64,000 bases of DNA from Balanoglossus misakiensis (GCA_040954595.2 CM082578.2:7363519-7427518), one strand, 5' to 3'; positions 23,936 through 38,341 are shown, counted from the first letter of the stretch. Numbers and translations are program-made. Notes: generated by a model from the letters alone, not told the origin.

Positions 23936-26415
23936 TACATTGTACTAGTAAATCGTGACTTCAAACATTTTCTTTTCCATTTTATTCTGTCCGCCATCCA
24001 ACAGGCGACAGTCCAATTACAGCATAAGGTATCCATCACTCCAGGGTAAGGACGACGCCATATAAAGTACAATGCCTTGGTCTCAAGCGCACAGAACCGC
24101 GAAATCTCCGAAGCTCGATCTTAGCATTTTCTTGATTCCTCTTGACCTTTTCGCATAATTTGTTTTTGTGAACTGTATAACATTCTACTGAACTTCATTT
24201 GAGACCGTTCCACCCCCTGGGGGCGCTGCTCTCAAACGGTTTCAGTTTAACCTTTCAAATTATAACCACTGTCTAACAGGTAAATTATGCCCAATCATCA
24301 TTCTCTCCGCTATAGCCGGGAACACCCAGGGGGTAACATTTAGATCTTGTTACCGTTTTACATATGTGTACCACATTGCTTTCACATCACTTTCCAAAGT
24401 CAGAGTAAATTGACATTATCTATCACACAATCCTGTTGCCATTGGGTACGGTAGCCTGTACACGTATGAGTAAAATTCATAGCGGAAAAGTTACAAACTG
24501 TCTGCACTTATCAGAAATATACTACCCTCTGGAAATGTTGTTACCATAGAGACGCCTCACTACACAAACAGGAAAATGATCAGAGCTGCCTTTTTTGGGG
24601 GGGGGGTACATACATTTGCAATAATATTTGCTGGACAGTTCACAAGTTCACATATATATGATCAATAAGAGTATCCGACACCGGGCGAGTTGGAACAAGT
24701 TGCTCAAAATTAAGGGACTCCATTGCTTCGTATAACGTATGCCTCCATGCGGAGTCCAGTATATTCAGATTAAAATCCTCCCAAGATAAACAGCCTCGAT
24801 GATTGATTCAATGTCCTTGTTGACAGAGGCAGTAATAGTAGGCGGTCTATAAACACCAACAATGATAATTGTGCAGGCGTTTCTAAGGGAAATTTCAAAC
24901 AATAGTTTCAATATCACTACGTCTGCGTGACACTTAATAATCACATGTACTTTTACGTCTCCCGAGGCTTTGTGTAGCCCGTATGAAGGCCCACACGGGG
25001 CTTGGATGAGCTGTGCAACTTCCCCGCACTAACTGGGGTCATCCAGAAATGACCGAGTATACCGGAGAGCGGGCGGGTGGTCATTGATCTCAACACGCGG
25101 GGAACGATTCGCCTTTCTTCGCACTGGTTGACTCGGAGTTGAACTTTCTTTTGGACGCCACTGACGTGACAAGTTCATTGCCCCCTATGTTTAGCGCCCG
25201 CTGTATCCACATGTTGACCAAATATACAGTACCCTGCGAACTGGAAACCTATTACCAATTTTAAAATCGAAAATGATTCTCACAACCTTGGCGGAAGAGA
25301 GATTATTAAGTCTATCATTTCAATTTTCTCCATTTCAAGATCCTGACATTTCGCTTCTCCATTAAGCCGATTTTTCTGATGTATATAGAAGTGATTGTGT
25401 CTGCCGTCTCATCTGCTAAAAGGTGACCAGACGCTGCAGGTCTCCAGCGCGAGTTCTTTTATTACAATTATCGTAATTGGCGCATGAGCTTGAGCAGATG
25501 CAGTCTTTTTTCAAAAAAATCCCTTGTGATTCTGTCTCTGACGTACACAATATATATATGCTATTTTTTGCCACAGGGTAGCAAGTATACACGCACCAAT
25601 CACTCACCGGGAGGTCATCGCATTCAAAGTGCAACAAAATATTCACAAAGTGGCTAAAATGAAAGTGAACGGGAGGGGGGAGAAAGCAACAAATGTGCAT
25701 ATTTACTTGCATGCCCATTTTACAATTAATACATGCTAAACGTATCTCTGTTTTTTTAGTTCCAAGTCAGATTTAACTCATTTGTCACGTGCACTGTGTT
25801 CTCGTGTAGAAATCAAGGTGTTTACAGTAAATCATCGTTGCCGCAACGTAAGTGTAAGTTCATCTGAACACACTAATTAAAAAACGTGTATCAGAACCCA
25901 ACTGGGATCATTCCCTCTCAAGAGAGTCCAATAGCATCAGTGCACGACAATGGAACGCGCACGTCATACCCCTGGCCTGAATACTGCCCCCCCACACCTT
26001 CAACAGAGGGAACGGATTTTGCGCATACTCCCACCTTGTTTTCCAGTCTTCACAGTAACTCTTTACATCATCAAAGACGCACGAATGTCAACAGTGACGT
26101 CAGTTTCAAAGGTTCAAATACGTTCTGTTTCAAAGGTTACCTTACTTTTGACCACAGGCTGAAGAAGAGTATAGTTCTAGACTTCTTGTGGCCAAAGGCA
26201 TTTTTTATAGATATGTGTCTGGTGCTCATTTTATTCTTCACGTTTACGTACATTTATATGTTGTTTTGCAATGAAGTAAAGGATTAGCATTATTTAAGAC
26301 ACACTACTCATACCGTATAAAAAACGGCCACGTATTCTATGCTTATTATTTTCAAATACAAATTGAGCTAGTTGATAATGCGTTTTTCTTCGAGGTACAC
26401 ATTCCTCAATGACGC

Positions 26416-26687
26416 ATACATACATACATACATACATACATACATACATACATGCATGCATGCATGCATACATGCATACATGCATACATACATGCATACA
26501 TGCATACATACATACATACATACATACATACATACATACCTACATACATACATACATACATACATACATACATACATACATACATACATACATACATACA
26601 TACATACATACATACATACATACATACATACATACATACATACATACATACATACATACATACATACATACATACATACATACATAC
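26416..26687. repeat. (CATA)n microsatellite with CATG interruptions
   Basis: Read directly; CATG variants at about 26451-26503. Confidence 0.98.
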
Positions 26688-26756
26688 GCGCGCGTATTGA
26701 ATTTAAAGTATGTTACCACATATTGCGATTTTCTGTCTTCCTTTTGCAGATATATT

Positions 26757-29700
26757 ATGGAAAGTAGTAACACACAGATGCGCGTCAAGTTCGTAACTTT
26801 TCTAGTCAGTCAAATGTTATTGGTGTCACAAAGTGTCCAGGCTGAAGGTGAAGACAACAGGACAGACCTGTATCTACTCGGTTTGTTTCCCATCAACACG
26901 CACAGTTGGGCAGGCGGAGAAAGTGCGTTACCGGCAGCAGAGTTGGCTATCAAACATATCAATGAACGTCCTGATATTTTACCCGGTTATAAACTGACCC
27001 TGTTATGGGGAGACAGTAAGGTAAATCACCACATTGAGATCAATAGACAATTTTCCGTACATCGCGAGATTTTACGAGATCTCGCGTGGGATCTCGCGTG
27101 TTTTTCATGTTTGTGATATTGTAGTCAAAAGGTACGAATATGGTTAACAATTACACACATGGTCACATCGACACAGAGAGGATCGTTGAGTGCTAATAAT
27201 TCGCTGAACCTGTTTGCCAACGTCGAGTTTATGGCTGTGCAGTGAAAAGGATACACCCTTTTCATAGGTCTAGCGCCCTCACACAGCAATCATGAATTTG
27301 AACTCAAAGCGAGGCCAATGGGGAAGATAATCATTCACATCAAGGGGATTTCCCTATTGGCCTCGCTTTGAGTCCAAATCCATGATGGCTGTGTAAAGGA
27401 GATAGACTAAGTGAAAAGGGCGTATTATCAATAGCGTGGACCAATAAATTAAAATCAATATATTTCCGAAAACACAACTCTTTCCGTAATAGTCAAACAT
27501 GACTATAATCCACTATGTCGTTCCAGTGTGACTCAGGGGAGGCAGTCGATGCAATATACAAGTTACTCTATCAGGAACCAACCAAAATCATGGTTCTTGG
27601 ACCCGGATGTTCGCATGCCTGCCAATCCACAGCCTCGGCGATTCGCCATTGGGAACTTGTTCAGGTAATTTATCTTACACGTATTTTCAGCTAATGACAT
27701 CATATGTCATTACTTTAATTCCACATATCGTTTATGTCAAGGATAACACGCTTGTTTTATTCAAAATGTAAACCTACACTTTTCTATAAATATGTTCATT
27801 TACGGAACCTTTATTATTTCATGCATAGTACTTTGAAATGGATGAATGCCTCTTTGGATCAATTGGATCAATTTGGATCATTTAATAATATTTCTCTTTT
27901 GGTACCTTTTGTGGAAATATAAAGCAAATGGCAATATTACAGCAATGTTTTCCAAAAATTCTACATATTAGGCTACGGAATATTTTCACGCCATGCTCTG
28001 AATCTAGGTAGTCCCCTACCTTAACGTGAATTCTTAATTCTTGTCAGATGTCGTTTGGCTGTGCGTTGCCGTCGTTGTCGGATAAAACGGTGTATCCTCG
28101 TTTTTCGCGACTTCGACCCCCGGACACGGCTCAAAACGCTGCAAGGATTGCTATCCTACAAGAATTTGGCTGGAATAAAGTGGCGATCATATATGAACCG
28201 GTGGACCTTTTTTCCGAGGTAAGTAATGATATGCACGGCTCTCTGGTCAGAAAGTTAAAATACAACGCGCCGGCATGGACGTATTCGCGAACACAACTAC
28301 AGTTCAAGAGACAATAGTTGTAACTTTTCACCTTGTTTCCAGTATTTTTGTTAGGTAAATCAAATGCAAATTCTTGTTCTGCTCCAAACATCATGCTTAT
28401 ATAACTATTACATGTCAGCATAGCCTGTACGTGTGTAACGACCATTGTTATTGTTGTACAATTACAAATCTGACAATACACATATAGGTTGTGTTGATAA
28501 GCTAAATTCTGGGTATTTCGTCAGGATTAAGGGATTTGAAACTGCAGCAGACGTACATGTATAAAGTATTAGTTGCTCTGCCTCGTTGCTCTTCAAAATG
28601 ATTTTCTATCTGTGTAGTAAACATAAGTACATTGTCGTTTGCTACATTTAATAGCATGCATGTAACACAGGGAATGTGCCCAGCTTGCCTCGATACCTCA
28701 GGTATTCGCTTGGTGCAAATTTCAGTGCTTGGTTAGTTATTGTCTTGGTACTTTTTTCTCTTAAAATCGCTAAGACCGTCACTGCTATGGCCACTACGAT
28801 GGAAGAGAAAGGAATGACCGTTGTCTCGTTGGAACCTGTTCACGACGATGCAAAGCTGCCTCTCGAGAAAATTAAGGTACATGTAAATGTATTTATGATT
28901 TTCGAGTTCTGAAAGTGAGACTTCTCCTCACTTTGTCAGCCACGTTAAACGTGTAACTTGCATCCCGACGTAGACTATGTCCACGCATGATCAAGCATTG
29001 ACCCACGTCGACTCGATAAAACTGAGGACCTCACTGGAGTATTTTTCATTTTTTTTCTTATTACGCCGGTACTGTGAATGTGTGTATAAAATAAAAGAGA
29101 TCAAACATGTGCTAATCACGCATGTTGTGAGATAAATAATGTTTTGCAGAAGTGAAGAGGGCTGGCGTATTTCATCTATAATGTTTATTTCTTTACAGAG
29201 CGACGGGATAAGAATAGTGGTCGGGTTCTTCTACACACCGATGGCCGTCGCAGTGTTTTGTGAGGTACATAACAAAACCTTCAATGCCCCCCCCCCCGGA
29301 GATACACAATCAATATGAAATTATGAAGAGAACACATAATGTAAAACAAAGAAGGACCTTAAACGCCATGATATCACACCCAGCGTCGAATACTGTGAAT
29401 AGTTTGCCTTGTAGAATTATTAGCAGGCAACATTGGTTTTAAAGCTTTACGTATACAACTGTACTGCTAGTCAAAGGCCACACTGCCCTATGCTAGATAA
29501 ATATGTCCATTTGGAGCATACAGCAAATTATCTGAACGTGGATTTATTGTAAGTAATTTCCACGTCTTCATAGACGGCTTGTAATTGGCTCTGTGTATAC
29601 CGAGGTCATGCAATTGAAGTTTAGGGAATACTAGGCTCACATATTCTGTGTCTGTACAGCAGCATGCGTGACGTTTCGGTGAGTGAACAATGTGCCCACA

Positions 29701-30563
29701 ATTCCATTTACATCGTGAAATGTGGTGTGTAACCGGTCGATGATCGTCAAAGTGGAAATAACGGCGCTTTAGAGAATGATTTTAAGTAAACAGCATTGTT
29801 TAATCAAGACTAATCAGATCGTAAAACTGTACGGTGAGATTGCAACATATTCGTGAGTGAAAAAGTACATTTTATGGAGGTCCTTGGGGTACCGTAAAAT
29901 CGTGAAGCTTAATTCATGTGGACATATGACTTGATAAATCGTACGCGGGGGAGGGGGGTGTTGTATATAAGTTTCTATGGCCCAAGCATACACTGACAAT
30001 CGTACTAGGGATTTTCGGGGTTGTTATGACGAGGGATATAGAATTAGAAGTGTGTATCGTATCGATGCTTCTTCAGTAGACCATTTTCGAACTCAATGGG
30101 ACCCTGCGAGATCTCGCGTGGCTAGGCACTTTATACGGGAGAAGATTCTCATACGACAAAGGACAAAGAATACGTGACGTATCGTGTTAAACGGCTCTTG
30201 TATTACCCGTATGCCAAGTAATACAAGTGCCTGGAGCACAGAAAATCATCTTTTGCAGACTATTGTATTTTAAACAGTTCCAATTATGACACGGCTGTGT
30301 GGTGTTATCGGTAATTTAGAATGTACATGTACGAAACGACGAAGGAAATATATTTTGAGTGCAGTAAGAATTGAACAGGAAATTGAATTCTGATCATTTA
30401 TTCAACGCTGCAACTTTATGAAGATTATAGTAGTCCGTGTTCATTTCAATTGTCACTGCCTTTGAACATATTTTTTCGCTAACCTGGTGAGTGACGAAAA
30501 GCTCATAAGGTCGACAAAAATCCACGATTGCGTATTTCCGCCACGTTCAACAAGTCGAATTTC

Positions 30564-30652
<89 letters not shown>

Positions 30653-33600
30653 TTAAGTCAGTGAGTGGGGAGGAGGGGAGAGGGTCAGTGAAATGTTTGG
30701 TGGGCAGATTTTCCATTTAGTTGCTTTCGCTTAATGTCCGATTGCAGTTGTAGGGTAGCTGCTACGGAGAACGAGGTTCATGCTTTGATTACCTCCGCTT
30801 TAATGGAATTGTATTCCCAGAATGTCAAAACCTCATTTGGCAATTGAGTTATAATGTTGATAGGGTGTTGATTTATTTGCATGGCTTGCAAGTTTTTAAA
30901 AAGTGTCTGCAGATCTACAGCTTCTGGCTTGCGGGAGCTCGCTGGTAAAAAATTGCATCGTCGTGTGACGTGTAAGACGTCGTAGTGAGTCCTGTATGCT
31001 TTGGAGTCTGTTTTAGACCCACTTGCAGGTATTATGAGAAACACCAAATTTCCAATGTTATAGAGGGTCATTATAGATGATATGCATTGTGGTTTGTTCA
31101 CCATTGTCTATTTTCACCGCGTACAGGCGCACAAGCTGGGGCTGTTCGGTCCAAAATATGGCTGGTTGATGCAAGGTTGGTACGACGATACGTGGATCGC
31201 AGATACTTGGACTGAGGGTATGGTCGACTGCACTCAGGAAGAATTGGCGGAGTTTGTGGATGTTAGTAGAATCTAAAGCTCTATGCCAACCGATAGGTCA
31301 CTTTCATGACCCCTATATGACCCGACATATTCGTTCTTCCGTTGGTGTGGTGCTGTCAAAATTCAAACGTTTGGGACAAGAAACGTGACACGTACAACGT
31401 TGCTTGGAGAAAATCAACCTTTGTAATTCATTGCATTATTTATTAACTACAGCACAGCCAGGTACTCCACACACAGGTGTAATTCTAGACTTTTTGTAGA
31501 GTTTTTTACTCAACCTGTTGGATTCTTACCAACGGAAGTACGAGGATGTAAGGTCATGTAGGTGTCGTGAAAATGGTCGATTGCAAATCATGTTAAAAAC
31601 AATTTTCGTCCCCTCCCCATACCGAAGACGAGCACGATATAAAAGTAGTACAGCATGAATTTGAACGTTTTGCTGTTACGATAATACATGACTGTTACTG
31701 CTTAACGGAACTCGAATACGAGTCTCTGACACCCTCAACGAGCACACCGACACAAATCTTCGTATTAGAAGTCTCAGCTACGTAAAACATGTAAAATAAG
31801 TTGCTATGTTTTGACATAAATTCAGTATCACTAACTTACTGAAATGCTTACTATAATTATTCTCCTGTTCAGAAGTCAGCAATTTTGGATCGTCTGTTTA
31901 CCCTGCTTAGTACTTCTCCTCTCTTATGGCGGGTGTATTGTCATGTGCCACGGACTTTGTAATTTGCGAATTTCACGTGAACTGTTTTCAAAAAAGCATA
32001 ACGTTCGCATCCGGAAGTCATAAATAACCGCGACTAAATTGTGACTATACTTGACATTTTTAAAGGGCGCATTCTCCGCATTCACATTCGATATCCATCC
32101 ACTGAAAGATGTTGCTGGCATATCAGGAATGGTGAGTATATTTACAAGTCACTAATATAATGCAGTGCAGTTCACACGTGACAAAGCATTCTATCGACAA
32201 GATTTAGGCAGTTTCGATTAGTATGAATTCTCATGAGAGAAGGTTTTATCATGATGACCATTGCGTTAAAAATCTCCCCGTCATAGCTTTCGATTCTTTT
32301 GCCTTCCACCAATACAAGCATTCCCCAGTTCTCTGTGCGGAGAATGCAATACAAGTAGAAATCACGGTTCAAAGCACATACAAATCCAGAAAATCGAGTA
32401 GTAATCAAAACTTCGGGGCCAACTTCTGTAGGAATAGCATCGAATTCTTTGTCACGTGTCAACAAAAACGCATTTGGTACAAAGATCCAAAGTTTCCAAT
32501 CATGTGGTTGTAAAGAGACAAGACCATGATCCTTATTGGCCGCAGGTCCGATCGTTCCCATTAAAAACCAAAAATTCGCCTTTGTTCCTGTGAGCTCAAG
32601 TTTCGAATGAGATATCAGGCGACGTCCACTTTTGTATGTCTAATTCTCTCAAATGACACACCCCGGCGACAAGCAGTACCGAAATCAGATGAAAAATAGC
32701 ACTTTGAAAACAAATGAGTAGTATTCTGGGCACTTTTTGAAACTTGTTATTCTTCGTGCTCTTTATTTCACTTGTATTATTCTGGTCACGACACGGTCTG
32801 TATTTATTGTATCTGCATGCCTCGTACTCAGATGGTCGCCGTGTTTTGAAGTTGTTTACGTGTATGCAAATCCCTACCCCCAAAAAGGCACCCATTATCA
32901 TGCCTTAGCCAGTACCTGCCTGCGAGCAAAAAAAACCCCGGCAACTGCGTCTGGGAAATGTCACAGAGTCACGCAAATAATCCAATAAAGGATTGAACGG
33001 TCACGCTCTTCTCGGCGTGGTTGACGTGGGTGGGGGGTGCGGGTGGGTGGGGTTTGATTCTGACCTACATCTCACACAATGAATAAAAATGAGGGATATT
33101 AATAGCATAACATTTTGTTGCTTAGCTGTGGAAATGAAGAAAGTCTCGAAGAAAGTCAATTCACCATCAATCCGAGTTGAAACATTTCTATAAAACCCCA
33201 CGTTTTCCCCCAACCACAGTGCATTTTCCACCAACACGAAAAAGCTCCAACCATTTTTAAAAGATTGGTTTGTTTTCTCTTTGACGAAACCCGCAACAGG
33301 AAAGTAAAAAAATCACATTTTGTTTGTGGAGTATCTATGTTTTGTGAAACCCACTCTTTCGCCATTGAGATACACCCTCCTCCCTGTATTCGTCCTCAGT
33401 TATTACGTGGAACACTTCTAATTCAGTCGCCAATCTGCCCCAACCATGTCTCTTCGTTAAACCTTCTGTACTCCGTTAAAAAAAACCCAAAACTCTATTT
33501 GTCTGTGTATTACATATGGTTCAGCCTTCACAATCCTCACTGACACTTTTTGTTCTCGTGCATGCTTCAGACCCCGAACGAGTATCTCGTTGCGTTCGAC

Positions 33601-36028
33601 GAATTCGTTAACTACACATCCGAGAGTTTGTTTGCGGTCCAACTGTCTCCGGTGGCGTATGATACTGTGTGGGCGCTTTCTCTGGCGCTGAATTACACAC
33701 TTACTGCATTGGATGCAGCTGGGGGTGAGTGTAATATTTACAAATGTTAAGAGAGTAGGAGGGTGGGGAGGAAGGAGGGAGGGAGGGAGGGAAGGAGGGA
33801 GGGAGGGAGGTAAGAGAAAGGAGGAATGGGTGGAAGGAAGGGGGAGGAGGAAGGGGAATGGAGGGACGGAGGCAGGGAGGAAAGGTGGGACGTAATAAGG
33901 AGAGAGGTAGGGCGGGAGATTGAGTGAAGTGATTGATTTTTCAGTCACCCTATAAACCTGTCTACATCGAACAGCTAAACATTACACCAAAGCAGTTGTT
34001 TCGATCTAGTCTCACCAAATTACTATTTTCGTTTCCCAACATCACTGCTTGTTAAACATGACACCAACTGAGGGCTAATAAACCTACAACTTTCACACAA
34101 ATAATAGCGGTTTTCCATGTTGACGCCAAATTATTCCGACAGGAAACAAACGACTCGAGAACTACACGTATGGAGATACGGAAATGGCTGATATGATAAT
34201 GGAAAGCATAAGCCGTGTGGCCTTTGATGGCATGTTTGTAAGTATACTGGCATTTTGTGTATTTCTCGCCACACGTTCTTCGCACATGCTTTGGGTTGTG
34301 ATGAGTGGTCGACGGAAGAACAAGGCACAAAAACTCGACTTGTATGTTGTTGCTTTTTCAAATCCGAATGAGTTTGACAGTTTTCTGTAACTGGCAATTG
34401 ATCTTGACTGCTCAAGTCCTCTTTTACTCTTTTGAACCCACATGAAATTTGATTTAAACATTCTCTCACAGCAGCAGTATTGACACATATGATAACTTAT
34501 AGTATTTGCTGGTACTTTTACCAGGGCACCATACAGTTTGACGAAGATGGAGAGGTGTTGACAGATTTTAAACTTCAGCAATATCAAGGTATGTATCTTA
34601 TGTTGTCATACTCGTGAGGATTGCTCCAGTCCGGGGGGGGGGGGATATACCAATGGAACTTGAAATTCTTGCGTGCACAAAAAATCTAGCACTTTCCCAC
34701 GACAGAGTCGAGCTATTGGTAATTTTATTGAGCATTTCAACGAAATACATCTTTTTTTCATTAAAGAGCGCACCCTTGTAAAACATTATGTCGTCTCTAA
34801 GCAGACTACGCGAAAACAAGGCCAGTAGGCCAGAGTGTACTTCTCGAGCTCGCCCGTCTAGGTTTGTTGTATATATCCTACAATTTGCGTGTAAAACTTA
34901 CCCGATAATAATAACATGTGGCTGTCGAACGTCGGTCCCAACTTTAGTGACGATACACAAGGTAACGTTTTACTTGCAAAATTTAGTCGTAAACGAAAGG
35001 TCTTTAATACCGTGACCGAAACACAATTTGAATCAGATATGAATTAAAGGATATTTCTCAAACTCAAGCATTTCTGGTTCATGCACAGGAGGAGTTAATA
35101 TGAACATTGGCATGTTTAGGACGGACCTTCAGAAGGCTGAATTTTATCCGGATGTTCCTGTCATCTGGAAAGGTAAGATTTACTCCATCCGTTATCTAAA
35201 TATCTGGAAAGTAAGATTTACATGCACTTCGAATCCATCTTCTTGCAGGTCTTGCAAATGTTTTCAAGGACTTTGCGTGTGAGCCTGAAGGGACAATAGC
35301 AACTGACAAGTGATCTAACGCGATCGTGGTTTCTGTCTTATTTAGGTGACGGTCCGCCAATCGCAGAATTGACCAAAAATTACGTTATACAAAAGGTTCC
35401 TGCGTATCTTCATGGCACCATGTCCACCTTGGCGATTATTGGCATTATTTGCAGTGTAATATTTCTATCGTTAAATATTAAGTTCAGAAGAGAACGGTGA
35501 GTGAATTTTCCTATGAAGTTAAATATTCACATACATACATACATACATACATACATACATACATACATACATACATACATACATACATACATACATACAT
35601 ACATACATACATACATACATACATACATACATACATACATACATACATACATACATACATACATACATACATACATACATACATACATACATACATACAT
35701 ACATACATACATACATACATACATACATACATACATACATACATACATACATACATACATACATACATACATACATACATACATACATACATACATACAT
35801 ACATACATACATACATACATACATACATACATACATACATACATACATACATACATACATACATACATACATACATACATACATACATACATACATACAT
35901 ACATACATACATACATACATACATACATACATACATACATACATACATACATACATACATACATACATACATACATACATACATACATACATACATACAT
36001 ACATACATACATACATACATACATACAT

Positions 36029-36109
<81 letters not shown>

Positions 36110-38341
36110 TACATACACACATACATACATACATACACACATACATACATACACGTACAATTTTCACTTTAATTTGCACCTTTTCATTTTTTCAGAATTA
36201 TTAAGATGTCTTCTCCAAACATAAACAATATCATTCTCTGTGGTTGCATCTTGACGTACTCAAGCATTCTATCAGCTAATACTGAAGAATCCAATATCAG
36301 CCTTGAGACTTGTTGGAAATTGTCTACATACATACTGCTCATCGGCTTCTCCACTGCTTACGGGGCTATCTTTTCTAAAACATGGAGAGTTCACATCATA
36401 TTCACAAATGTAAAGCTACACAAAAAGGTAAAGTTGGCGCATAACGTTGGGATGATGATGATGATGATGATTGTGGTGTTAGTGGTGATGATGATGATGA
36501 TTACACTATTTCGAGAGGGTAGTTTCTTCTGCGTACTGTGACGTATTTCAACACGTAAATAGCCTCTTTTTTCAAATGATAACAGGTGGTAAGAGATAGG
36601 CAGCTGTTAATTTTGGTCTTGGTCTTTATCGGCATTGACGTCATCACTATTGCATTCTGGGAGATCCTGGATCCCGTCAGGGTTGTCGTCACTGACTTGA
36701 ATCAACTGGTAAGTAGGATGGGATATCTCCAGGAAAATGATCAAATGAAGATTAAAACATACATGAAGCGATTGACAAAGGATTTAAAAAAATATATGCT
36801 GTCATTCTCTGTGTTAAGTCTGTGCAGAAATAACCAGGTGCAGACTTTTTGTCTACAGTGCGGTTAACAAACGTTGGTAGAAGCAAAATGAATGATTAAT
36901 TGATGTGCCAGTTCATGATAACCTCGAATGCAGTCGTCCAAAGGCCGTCCACGATGGTTTATTCCTTCATTGGTGGAAACAGGGCCACGGACCTTGACTG
37001 ACACATAATTCAAATTTCATGATAAGGAACGGACTGGCTGCGACCAAAACCACTATCACGTATTAAATGTAATTGAGGTGTGCAGTTTTTTTATAGTTTT
37101 TTTTCTGCAGTCGTTAAGATAACGTTAACTTTGTTCTTTTCCCTTCAGCCCGAAGAGATTGGAGATAAGATCTACATTTCTCAGATTGAGTTATTTCAGT
37201 CTAGTTACATGTCCTACTGGGTTGGAATCATTTATTCGACCAAAGCGTTGATGCTTCTCTTCGGCGTGTTTCTGGCTTGGGAAACCAGAAAGGTTGGTGC
37301 ACATTGGTTACTATACTTATTCAACTTAAATTCATGTTGATGGTGACCATTTTCGGCAAAACGCCAGTTAAGAAGCCTGATAATATAAAATCACATTTCT
37401 TTACGTTTTCTATATTTCCATATCCGTCGAAATACAAAATTACTCTTTTTTCTGTATTGCAACTGTTGCAATTCTTTAATCTCGATGGAACGAAATACGT
37501 ACCTTTTATCAGCATAATCTCAAATTTCCATTATAAGGATACCAAACTTTGCTTTCGGTGAGATTTTTTTCTATTCTGTCAAGTGTAGGTTTCCATAAAA
37601 GTCCTCAACGACTCTCGTCACATCGGCATGTGCATCTACAACGTCGTCATCCTCAGCACCGTGGGCGTGCCCGTGCTGTACGTACTTCACTCGCAGCCAG
37701 ATATTGCGTATGCAATGAAGTCTGTGTTCGTGATCCTCGGTGCTACCGTCACCCAGTGCCTTGTGATTTTGCCAAAGGTAGGCGTTTTTCTCTTACCTTC
37801 AAATGTACATTTTTCCTACTTTCGCGTCAGTTATACTCATTAAGTTACCAATGTTTCTACAATAGACCAATTTACGAACTCCCTGAAAAAAAAACGTTTA
37901 TAATATCTATATTCACGCTCGCTTAGTGATGTTAAAAACGAATTTTGCGATTACATGCAGTAAAGTGTTTACTTGATAAGATGATAGTTCAAATTTCTTC
38001 ACTTCACTGAACGATATGATCTTTCGCTTGAAAAATGCACTCTCAATGTATCCGTAATTATTCCTTCGGGATGCGGCTGGGGCCGCCTGGTAAATTCGGT
38101 GGACACGAAGCGAGAACATTTTGCTACTAATGCTATAGACTAATGGAGCTACGTTTCCCGCCAACAGATAATGGCGTACAGAGCTGGCGAAGATATCGCG
38201 ATGGGAGTAAACAGCATCCGACCGGGGATGACACAAATGGAGACTACGCAATGGCAGTTAAGAGTTGACGACAGCATGGCAGCTGGGCCGTCACGAGTAA
38301 AGACTGGTCGGGATGTCTCTGTCAGCGTCGGTGTTCAGTAA
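26757..38341 (+). CDS. GABA-B-receptor-like class C GPCR (Venus flytrap plus 7TM), about 783 aa, divergent paralog
   Basis: Phase-consistent GT-AG exons: 26757-27020, 27527-27664, 28048-28218, 28775-28876, 29199-29264, 31127-31261, 32066-32131, 33571-33724, 34143-34237, 34525-34588, 35089-35172, 35346-35496, 36196-36427, 36586-36708, 37149-37292, 37589-37777, 38168-38341(TAA). Motifs include a signal peptide, LLGLFP, AELAIKHIN-RPDILPGY, GPGCS, GWNKVA, AYDTVWALSLALN, IKMSSPNINNIILCG, FSKTWRVH, LLFGVFLAWETRKV, LNDSRHIGMCIYN and LPK. There is no cysteine-rich domain, as in the GABA-B family. Confidence 0.93.
27251..27425. mobile_element. Palindromic MITE (about 175 bp) in GPCR intron 1
   Basis: ATACACCCTTTTCA...TGAAAAGGGCGTAT ends, inner arms ACTCAAAGCGAGGCCAAT / ATTGGCCTCGCTTTGAGT, and TA at both ends. 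Confidence 0.8.
30571..30649. repeat. (GA)n microsatellite
   Basis: Read directly. Confidence 0.98.
33757..33910. repeat. Purine-rich (GGGA/GGAA) low-complexity tract
   Basis: Near-pure A/G run with many GGG blocks, just downstream of a splice donor. Confidence 0.9.
35529..36153. repeat. Long (ACAT)n plus (AC)n microsatellite filling a GPCR intron
   Basis: About 625 bp, read directly, inside intron 35497-36195. Confidence 0.99.
36451..36501. repeat. Interrupted (GAT)n microsatellite
   Basis: Read directly; intronic. Confidence 0.85.
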
